IMG/VR virus record: IMGVR_UViG_2609459791_000001
Span: 1-15,845 of that record
From: a virus
Taxonomy: Duplodnaviria > Heunggongvirae > Uroviricota > Caudoviricetes
Reading direction: 5' to 3' (one strand)
DNA length: 15,845 nt
Position numbers and translations under genes: made by a program
The notes under the pieces: model-generated
The model's database searches: none
Seen by the model: only the letters and a program-made list of their open reading frames with translations
Told to the model about the DNA's origin: nothing
Shown: positions 9,731 through 15,845 of the stretch, piece by piece
Layout of the letters: each line of letters opens with the position of its first letter
Numbering within the stretch: position 1 is the stretch's first letter

Positions 9731-10114
9731 ATGCGTGATATTCAGATGGTTCTTGAGCGTTGGGGAGCGTGGGCGGCTAATAATCATGAAGATGTGACCT
9801 GGTCGTCCATTGCCGCCGGTTTTAAGGGATTAATTACTTCAAAAGTAAAATCTCGCCCGCAATGTTGTGACGATGACGCTATGATCATTTGCGGGTGCAT
9901 GGCCCGTCTGAAAAAGAACAACAGCGATTTGCACGATTTATTAGTAGATTATTATGTAGTCGGTATGACATTCATGTCACTGGCAGGTAAGCATTGCTGC
10001 TCTGATGGTTATATCGGGAAAAGGTTACAGAAGGCTGAGGGCATAATTGAAGGGATGTTAATGGCATTAGATATCCGGTTAGAGATGGATATCGTTGTTA
10101 ATAACTCTAATTAA
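9731..10114 (+). CDS. Q: Late-gene antiterminator Q (phage 82 / DLP12 QuuD type)
   Basis: Track ORF starts at TTG 9716; ATG at 9731 gives 127 aa [26 protein letters not shown]... with Cys-rich zinc-binding region ([18 protein letters not shown]); position rusA-Q-lysis is canonical. Confidence 0.85.
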   Translation: MRDIQMVLERWGAWAANNHEDVTWSSIAAGFKGLITSKVKSRPQCCDDDAMIICGCMARLKKNNSDLHDLLVDYYVVGMTFMSLAGKHCCSDGYIGKRLQKAEGIIEGMLMALDIRLEMDIVVNNSN

Positions 10115-10127
10115 TACGCCAATTATT

Positions 10128-10292
10128 TACTAAAAGTTATTAAAAATGGGGCGTTGAAACGCCCCCAAAAATAAAGGGTAATATATAACAGAAGGTTTGT
10201 ATAGTTAGAAGCAAGGTTGTGCTTCTAAAGGAAGTGGCTTGAGGGAGCCACTTATATGTTGGGGAGGCAAAGCCTCCCACAACATATCTTTT
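10128..10292. terminator. Cluster of four stem-loops between convergent Q and porin genes (likely porin terminator(s) and Q-dependent late leader / tR-prime equivalents)
   Basis: Hairpins ggggcgttgaaacgcccc (10148-10165; U-run on minus strand), agaagcaaggttgtgcttct, gtggcttgagggagccac, and a long stem atatgttggggaggc-aaa-gcctcccacaacatat (about 10254-10290; followed by cttttag on plus strand). Confidence 0.5.
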
Positions 10293-10302
10293 AGTAATCA
10301 AA

Positions 10303-11385
10303 TTAGAACTGGTAAACCATACCTACAGCAACGATATCATCGGTAGCAACGCCAGATGCTTTCGTGAAATCGCTCTTATCAATCAGGTTGATTTTGTAGT
10401 CAACAAAAGTGGACATATTTTTGTTGAAGTAATAGGTTGCACCTACATCAACATATTCAACCAGGTCCTGATCACCCCAAACACCCAAGTCTTTTCCTTT
10501 AGAATGCAGGTAAGCAACGGATGGACGCAGGCCGAAGTCGAACTGATATTGTGCAACAGCTTCGAAGTTTTGTGCTTTGTTGGCAATATGGTTATTACCA
10601 AAAACAGTCATGTTCTGGGTTTCAGAATAGGTGGTGGCCAGATAGATGTTGTTCGCATCATATTTCAGACCAGCTGCCCATACTTCAGCATTTTGACCAG
10701 AAGCATTCAGACCGTTGTTACCGTAGATAACCTGATTATTAGTGCGATCAGATTTAGCATAGGTTGCACCCACGCCGAATCCTTCATACTCATAAGTAGT
10801 TGAGAAACCGAAACCATCGCCATTAGCTTCAGTTACTTCATTTCGGTCATTTTTGCCCTGATACTGAGCTGCAAAGTTCAGGCCATCAACCAGACCAAAG
10901 AAGTCGTTGTTACGATAAGTTGCAACACCTGTGGTGCGACCAGTCATGAATACATCTGTTTGGGTCCAGGTATCGCCACCGAATTCTGGCAGAACGTCAG
11001 TCCACGCACCGATGTCGTATGCTACACCGTAGTTACGGCCGTAATCGATTGAGCCGTAGTCACCGAATTTCAGGCCTGCAAATGCAAGACGGGTTTTGTC
11101 TTTGGAGGAACCTTGAGATTCAGCGCGGTTGCCTTTGAATTCATATTCCCACTGACCGAAACCAGTCAGTTGATCGTTGATTTGGGTTTCACCTTTGAAG
11201 CCAAGACGGGCATAAGTAGTATCACCATCATCTGCATCATTAGAGGAGAAGTAGTGCTTAGCATTAACTTTCCCGTACAGATCCAGCTTGTTACTGTCTT
11301 TATTATAAATTTCAGCTGCCTGAGCAGACATCGCCATCAGTACTGATGCAGCTACAGCAGAAATTGCCACTGTTAATTTTTTCAT
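10303..11385 (-). CDS. nmpC: Phage-encoded outer-membrane porin, OmpC/OmpF family (Lc / NmpC-like), apparently intact
   Basis: 360-aa ORF with signal peptide [23 protein letters not shown], porin-typical N-terminal AEIYNKD...KLDLYGK and C-terminal ...VAVGMVYQF ending in aromatic residue; located between Q and the lysis genes as in PA-2 and DLP12. Confidence 0.9.
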   Translation of the reverse strand: MKKLTVAISAVAASVLMAMSAQAAEIYNKDSNKLDLYGKVNAKHYFSSNDADDGDTTYARLGFKGETQINDQLTGFGQWEYEFKGNRAESQGSSKDKTRLAFAGLKFGDYGSIDYGRNYGVAYDIGAWTDVLPEFGGDTWTQTDVFMTGRTTGVATYRNNDFFGLVDGLNFAAQYQGKNDRNEVTEANGDGFGFSTTYEYEGFGVGATYAKSDRTNNQVIYGNNGLNASGQNAEVWAAGLKYDANNIYLATTYSETQNMTVFGNNHIANKAQNFEAVAQYQFDFGLRPSVAYLHSKGKDLGVWGDQDLVEYVDVGATYYFNKNMSTFVDYKINLIDKSDFTKASGVATDDIVAVGMVYQF

Positions 11386-11974
11386 CGTGAGCCCTTTTTT
11401 TTGAACTATTATTAAAAAATGATGTCACTGCGCGATAAATATTCATCTAATCAATGTGATTATTTCAAGATGTAAGTTTTAGTTTCTCGTTTAATTTGTG
11501 AAGTAGATCTCTATTTTTATCTGAACTTTTTTCTATCGAATCCTATTCATGGCTCTTGGCTGAATAAAAATAAATCTATTAGCCAATTTATATTAATGGC
11601 TGTTATTTATAAGTGCTCTATAATTTGAAGGTTCAATTTAAATTGGCTAAAAATAACGCTGGAAATTATTTATTGGTTATTTGTTAAGATTTTCTTATGT
11701 ATTTGTGGTGGAGTTTTGAACACTCGGTAGCATTCTCATAAATATCATTCAGTGGTTTACGTACGTAAAAAATTGGTTATGCTGTTAAGAGTGGTTACTT
11801 CGTCACACAGCTTAAACCCGCCGTCGAGCTGGTTTTTCCATTTTTTGAGTCTCGATATTAGCTGATAACTCAATACCTGAGTTATTCACTGACTCCGAGT
11901 CTGTTACGTTTCTGCTTTTTTGCGATACGTTGTATTCCCTCAATTTACACCCGCTTTGTCTGCGAGGTGGGGTT
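11386..11974. promoter_or_regulatory. AT-rich 590-bp intergenic region: porin promoter/regulatory region and leader of lysis operon
   Basis: Long strongly AT-rich spacer directly upstream of the minus-strand porin start, with no ORF of 60 aa or more in the track; individual promoter elements not resolved. Confidence 0.3.
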
Positions 11975-12190
11975 ATGAAATCCATGGATAAGTTAACAAC
12001 GGGTGTCGCCTATGGCACCTCAGCAGGTAGTGCCGGTTACTGGTTTTTACAGCTGCTCGATAAAGTCACGCCCTCACAGTGGGCGGCAATTGGAGTGCTG
12101 GGTAGCCTGGTATTTGGCCTGCTGACGTACCTGACAAACCTTTATTTCAAGATTAAAGAAGATAAGCGCAAGGCTGCGAGAGGTGAATAA
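11975..12190 (+). CDS. S: Class II holin (pinholin), phage 21 S type, with dual start motif
   Basis: Track ORF from 11930; ATG at 11975 gives 71 aa [71 protein letters not shown], two TM segments and Met1/Met4 dual starts as in S21. Confidence 0.85.
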
Positions 12191-12687
12191 TGCCTCCATC
12201 ATTACGAAAAGCCGTTGCTGCTGCTATTGGTGGCGGAGCAATTGCTATAGCATCAGTGTTAATTACTGGCCCAAGTGGTAACGATGGTCTGGAAGGTGTC
12301 AGCTACATACCATACAAAGATATTGTTGGTGTATGGACTGTATGTCACGGGCATACAGGAAAAGACATCATGCTCGGTAAAACGTATACCAAAGCAGAAT
12401 GCAAAGCCCTCCTGAATAAAGACCTTGCCACGGTCGCCAGACAAATTAACCCGTACATCAAAGTCGATATACCGGAAACAATGCGCGGCGCTCTTTACTC
12501 ATTCGTTTACAACGTGGGTGCTGGCAATTTCAGAACATCGACGCTTCTTCGCAAAATAAACCAGGGCGATATCAAAGGCGCATGTGATCAGCTACGTCGC
12601 TGGACATATGCTGGCGGTAAGCAATGGAAAGGGCTGATGACTCGCCGTGAGATTGAGCGTGAAGTCTGTTTGTGGGGGCAGCAATGA
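12190..12687 (+). CDS. R: SAR endolysin (lysozyme, T4-lysozyme-like fold) R21/RrrD type
   Basis: 165 aa; start ATG overlaps holin stop (TAATG); N-terminal Gly/Ala-rich weakly hydrophobic SAR segment [20 protein letters not shown] followed by lysozyme domain. Confidence 0.9.
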   Translation: MPPSLRKAVAAAIGGGAIAIASVLITGPSGNDGLEGVSYIPYKDIVGVWTVCHGHTGKDIMLGKTYTKAECKALLNKDLATVARQINPYIKVDIPETMRGALYSFVYNVGAGNFRTSTLLRKINQGDIKGACDQLRRWTYAGGKQWKGLMTRREIEREVCLWGQQ

Positions 12688-13151
12688 GCAGAGTAACTGC
12701 GATTATCTCCGCTCTGGTTATCTGCATCATCGTCTGCCTGTCATGGGCTGTTAATCATTACCGTGATAACGCCATTACCTACAAAGCCCAGCGCGACAAA
12801 AATGTCAGAGAACTGAAGCTGGCGAACGCGGCAATTACTGACATGCAGATGCGTCAGCGTGATGTTGCTGCGCTCGATGCAAAATACACGAAGGAGTTAG
12901 CTGATGCGAAAGCTGAAAATGATGCTCTTCTGCGGAAGCTTGATAATGGTGGCAGGGTGCTCGTCAAAGGAAAATGCCCTGTGCCATCCTCTGCCGAAAC
13001 CTCCAGCGCCTCCGGCATGGGCAATGATGCCACCGTCGAACTCTCTCCAGTTGCTGGACGAAACGTTCTCGATATCCGGGACGGAATTATCCGCGACCAA
13101 ACAGCACTGAGAACGCTTCAGGAATACATTAGGACGCAATGCCTTCGATGA
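12684..13151 (+). CDS. Rz: i-spanin Rz
   Basis: ATG at 12684 overlaps R stop (ATGA); N-terminal TM segment then coiled-coil-like charged region; contains embedded +1-frame lipoprotein gene. Confidence 0.8.
   Translation: MSRVTAIISALVICIIVCLSWAVNHYRDNAITYKAQRDKNVRELKLANAAITDMQMRQRDVAALDAKYTKELADAKAENDALLRKLDNGGRVLVKGKCPVPSSAETSSASGMGNDATVELSPVAGRNVLDIRDGIIRDQTALRTLQEYIRTQCLR
12904..13110 (+). CDS. Rz1: o-spanin Rz1 (outer-membrane lipoprotein), embedded in Rz in the +1 frame
   Basis: 68-aa [26 protein letters not shown]... with lipobox MVAGC and proline-rich mature region ([16 protein letters not shown]), wholly inside Rz. Confidence 0.7.
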   Translation: MRKLKMMLFCGSLIMVAGCSSKENALCHPLPKPPAPPAWAMMPPSNSLQLLDETFSISGTELSATKQH

Positions 13152-13327
13152 TAGCGATAATTTTACTCATCATCCTTCACATCTGGCTCTGTAGACAGGG
13201 TGGTGATCACTTCTGGAGTAAATCCAGATTAAACATCTCATTGCTGATGCTTGATATTGAGCATCTGGCGCGCAGTAAGGGGCTGCGTTGAGATAAGAGC
13301 CAGTTCATTACAAATACCAGGATTTAG

Positions 13328-13350
13328 CCTCGCATTCGCGGGGCTTTTTA
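13328..13350 (+). terminator. Possible rho-independent terminator downstream of Rz
   Basis: cctcgc-attc-gcgggg stem-loop (one G-U pair) followed by cttttta. Confidence 0.35.
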
Positions 13351-13493
13351 TATCTGAATTTCACAGCGCATCTCACGCGCATATTAACGAGAGCCTTTCA
13401 GTAAGCGAGCCTGAGAAATGCCGTTATAGGTGGCGACCTCTCTCGGGCGGCTTTTCTGTGAGACAGGCTCACTTTCTAAAAGGTAAAGACGCT

Positions 13494-14018
13494 ATGAATA
13501 ATCATTCAGTTATTCCAGCCTTCGACTTCCGAGAAATGGTGCAAGCCAAAAACGGAGAGGTCGTTACCACATCCAGAAAAATTGCCAAGTACTTCGGCAA
13601 GCGACACGGTGATGTTCTCAGGAAAATCGAGCAGGTTAAGGCTGATTGCTCGCGTGAGTTTAGCCAACGCAATTTTGCGTCGGCTGATTATATCGATGAG
13701 CAGGGCAAGGTTCGCCCGATGTACAGCCTGACGAAAGATGGCTGGATCATGGTTGTGATGGGGTTCACCGGGAAAGCTGCTGCGGCAATCAAGGAGAGCT
13801 ATATCGCAGCATTCAACTGGATGGCAGAACAACTGAGCCGCCGCATGGCAATTGGCGAAGAAATGCAGCACCGCTACGCCATCAAAGAAACACGCTCAAA
13901 GCTGAAAGGTACGATCGGCAGTCGGTTAATGAACGAACGGAAGAAAGAGAAGCGTGTCCTGGCTGTCGAGCATGAATACATCTTGCAGGTGACACAGCCT
14001 GAACTGCTGATTAATTGA
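13494..14018 (+). CDS. rha: Rha-family phage regulatory protein (174 aa)
   Basis: ATG at 13494 preceded by AAGGTAAAG; N-terminal region VTTSRKIAKYFGKRHGDVLRKIE is the characteristic Rha-domain motif; the longer TTG-initiated frame from 13251 is rejected as a 5' extension. Confidence 0.7.
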   Translation: MNNHSVIPAFDFREMVQAKNGEVVTTSRKIAKYFGKRHGDVLRKIEQVKADCSREFSQRNFASADYIDEQGKVRPMYSLTKDGWIMVVMGFTGKAAAAIKESYIAAFNWMAEQLSRRMAIGEEMQHRYAIKETRSKLKGTIGSRLMNERKKEKRVLAVEHEYILQVTQPELLIN

Positions 14019-14320
14019 AGATGTCATTACAAAGCCTATCTACGGGGGGCTTGATAATGGCTTATACCCTGCACGGGATAACTTAACTGATATCCCTTTT
14101 AACGGATAAAGGTATTCAAGCCTGACACATCATGCGCTGTATCGTCGCCGTATTCCCGCATTAACCATGACCGTAGCCTGACGGGGAATTCCTTCTGCGT
14201 GAGTGTGCGGGAATAATCAAAAACGATGCACACCGGGTTATTAACGCGTCAACTGAACGCGGGGTTGCTCTTCATGTCAGCCAGTCCGGTGCAGGGGTAG
14301 AAGAAACCGGACGTTATGGT

Positions 14321-14731
14321 TTAGTGTGGAAACATTTGTGATGTGCTCTGTATGTTTTCAGTAAAGAGTAATGAATTATCAAAGGTATAGTAATATCTTT
14401 TTTGTTCGTGGATATTTGTAACCCACCGAAAAACTCCTGCTTTAGCAAGGTTTCTTCTGTATTCCTGAAATGTGATCTCTCTGGATTTCAGCTTATTAGA
14501 GGTCGTTTCTATAAGATGCCTATCCTTTGAAAATTTGACAGACACAATGTTTTTTAGGCCCTTTAATAACACTGTATTATCATTTTTTAATACAATATGA
14601 ACATTCTCTGTGGCTAAATAGTAAATGTAATGTGAGACATTGTGACGTTTTAGCTCAGAATAAAACCATTGATAGTTTAAATCGTTTCGAACTTTATCAA
14701 ATATTTGTTTAAAAATGACTACCTGATCCAT
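14321..14731 (-). CDS. DUF1398 / YbcV-like protein (136 aa), AT-rich moron gene
   Basis: Track ORF starts at 14746; second ATG at 14731 follows GGAAGG at good spacing and gives 136 aa; visibly lower G+C than flanking phage DNA; resembles DLP12 YbcV in size, position (between Rz and terminase) and, from memory, sequence. Confidence 0.6.
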   Translation of the reverse strand: MDQVVIFKQIFDKVRNDLNYQWFYSELKRHNVSHYIYYLATENVHIVLKNDNTVLLKGLKNIVSVKFSKDRHLIETTSNKLKSREITFQEYRRNLAKAGVFRWVTNIHEQKRYYYTFDNSLLFTENIQSTSQMFPH

Positions 14732-14790
14732 AGATAAACCTTCCATGTGATATGAGGGGGGGCGTAGTCTGCACGATTATCTAAATTGCT

Positions 14791-15024
14791 TCAATCTGGT
14801 CTGATCTGTTTTCTGAGCAATTCAGTAATGTCACTCTTTTCTTTGTTTGCTTCAGGAGAAACTCTTTTTTCTGAGCACAGTCTCCGGCGGCAGGCTTCAA
14901 TGACCCAGGCTGAGAAATTCCCGGACCCTTTTTGATCAAGAGCGATGTTAATTTGTTCAATCATTTGGTTAGGAAAGCGGATGTTGCGGGTTGTTGTTCT
15001 GCGGGTTCTGTTCTTCGTTGACAT
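14791..15024 (-). CDS. Ribbon-helix-helix (Arc/MetJ/CopG-like) DNA-binding protein, 77 aa
   Basis: Basic N-terminal tail (MSTKNRTRRTTTRNIRFPNQ) followed by RHH-like pattern IRFPNQMIEQINIALDQKGSGNFSAWVIEACRRRL (beta strand, helix A, G-x-S/N turn, helix B); immediately upstream of and co-directional with the DUF1398-like gene. Confidence 0.6.
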   Translation of the reverse strand: MSTKNRTRRTTTRNIRFPNQMIEQINIALDQKGSGNFSAWVIEACRRRLCSEKRVSPEANKEKSDITELLRKQIRPD

Positions 15025-15223
15025 GAGGTTGTCCCGTATTCAGTGTCGCTGATTTGTATTGTCTGAAGTTGTTTTTACGTTAAGTTGATGCAGATCAATT
15101 AATATGATACCTGCGTCATAATTGATTATTTGACGTGGTTTGATGGCGTAGATGCACGTTGTGACATGCAGATGATAATTATTATCATTTTGCGGGTCCT
15201 TTCCGGCGATCCGACAGGTTACG

Positions 15224-15412
15224 GGGCGGCGACCTCGCGGGTTTTCGCTATTTATGAAAATTTTCCGGTTTAAGGCGTTTCCGTTCTTCTTCGTCGTAAC
15301 TTAATGTTTTTATTTAAAATACCCTCTGAAAAGAAAGGAAGCGACAGGTGCTGAAAGCGAGCTTTTTGGCCTCTGTCGTTTCCTTTCTCTGTTTTTGTCC
15401 GTGGAATGAACA
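15224..15412. other. cos: cos site, lambda type: cosN 12-nt cohesive-end sequence GGGCGGCGACCT (15224-15235) followed by cosB (terminase R sites / IHF site)
   Basis: Sequence ccgacaggttacg-GGGCGGCGACCT-cgcgggttttcgctatttatgaaaattttccggtttaaggcgtttccgttcttcttcgt matches the lambda genome ends as I remember them with a few substitutions; Nu1 starts about 190 bp downstream as in lambda. Confidence 0.85.
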
Positions 15413-15845
15413 ATGGAAGTCAACAAAAAGCAGCTGGCTGACATTTTCGGTGCGAGTATCCGTACCATTCAGAACTGGCAGGAACAGGGAATGCCCGTTC
15501 TGCGAGGCGGTGGCAAGGGTAATGAGGTGCTTTATGACTCTGCCGCCGTCATAAAATGGTATGCCGAAAGGGATGCTGAAATTGAGAACGAAAAGCTGCG
15601 CCGGGAAGTTGAAGAACTGCGGCAGGCCAGCGAGACAGATCTCCAGCCAGGGACTATTGAGTACGAACGCCATCGACTTACGCGTGCGCAGGCCGACGCA
15701 CAGGAGCTGAAAAATGCCAGAGACTCCGCTGAAGTGGTGGAAACCGCATTCTGTACTTTCGTGCTGTCGCGGATCGCAGGTGAAATTGCCAGTATTCTCG
15801 ACGGGATCCCCCTGTCGGTGCAGCGGCGTTTTCCGGAACTGGAAA
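15413..15845 (+). CDS. nu1: Terminase small subunit Nu1 (5' part; runs off window end)
   Basis: ATG at 15413; translation MEVNKKQLADIFGASIRTIQNWQEQGMPVLRGGGKGNEVLYDSAAVIKWYAERDAEIENEKLRREVEELRQ... matches lambda Nu1 (winged HTH at N-terminus). Not in ORF track because no stop occurs within the window. Confidence 0.9.
   Translation, partial: MEVNKKQLADIFGASIRTIQNWQEQGMPVLRGGGKGNEVLYDSAAVIKWYAERDAEIENEKLRREVEELRQASETDLQPGTIEYERHRLTRAQADAQELKNARDSAEVVETAFCTFVLSRIAGEIASILDGIPLSVQRRFPELE

Larger units (their letters stand above)
5514..15845. mobile_element. Lambdoid prophage (left end through cos and Nu1; continues beyond window), mosaic of lambda-type att/int/xis/cos and phage 21/82/DLP12-type nin-Q-lysis modules
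   Basis: attL core, int, xis, rusA, Q, S/R/Rz/Rz1, cos and Nu1 in canonical prophage order; right boundary not in window. Confidence 0.9.

Noticed and set aside
10115-10302. Possible tRNA genes between Q and the next gene (as found in some Stx-type lambdoid phages)
   Set aside because: No cloverleaf-compatible sequence found, and no conserved T-loop GTTC with matching acceptor stem; the region consists of simple terminator-like hairpins.
13251-13493. TTG-initiated 5' extension of the Rha ORF (255-aa version in the track)
   Set aside because: No RBS near the TTG; the extension crosses a terminator-like hairpin and lacks Rha-domain features; the ATG at 13494 has a proper SD. The upstream part is treated as leader.
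15314-15673. 119-aa minus-strand ORF and 68-aa plus-strand ORF overlapping cos and Nu1
   Set aside because: They overlap the cosB region and the well-supported Nu1 reading frame (which the track omits only because it has no stop in the window).
5514-15845. Engineered lambda derivative (for example a DE3-type or recombineering prophage)
   Set aside because: int is intact and there is no foreign insert; the late region is phage 21/82 type rather than lambda; cos-flanking sequence differs from lambda at several positions. It looks like a natural mosaic prophage.

Overview
This window is the E. coli att-lambda neighbourhood (ybhI, ybhJ, ybhC) followed by the left end of a mosaic lambdoid prophage that runs off the right edge. 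Chromosomal part: ybhI transporter (73-1506), an ERIC repeat, ybhJ aconitase-family protein (1689-3950), a tandemly duplicated REP/BIME cluster, and the ybhC lipoprotein (4184-5467, minus). The prophage starts at a lambda-type att core (GCTTTTTTATACTAA, 5514-5528) with lambda-like int and xis. A short leftward accessory region follows: an ea8.5-sized frame with an in-frame TGA, then an 80-aa gene and a 191-aa gene with a CxxCxGxG zinc-finger motif. The prophage then jumps directly into a nin/late region of phage 21/82/DLP12 type: a small nin-like gene, a ybcO-like 3' remnant, rusA, Q antiterminator, an intact minus-strand OmpC-family porin (Lc/NmpC-like), pinholin, SAR endolysin, and Rz with embedded Rz1. 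Between Rz and cos sit three moron-like genes (a Rha-family regulator, an AT-rich DUF1398/YbcV-like gene, a ribbon-helix-helix gene), then a lambda-type cos and the start of terminase Nu1. No repressor, cro, N, O/P or exo/bet/gam genes are present where the early region should be, so the element looks defective or heavily deleted. The most interesting candidates for undescribed function are the two accessory cassettes: 80 aa plus 191 aa next to xis, and RHH plus DUF1398 next to cos. All identifications rest on reading the translations and sequence motifs and on remembered family knowledge; no database search was run.
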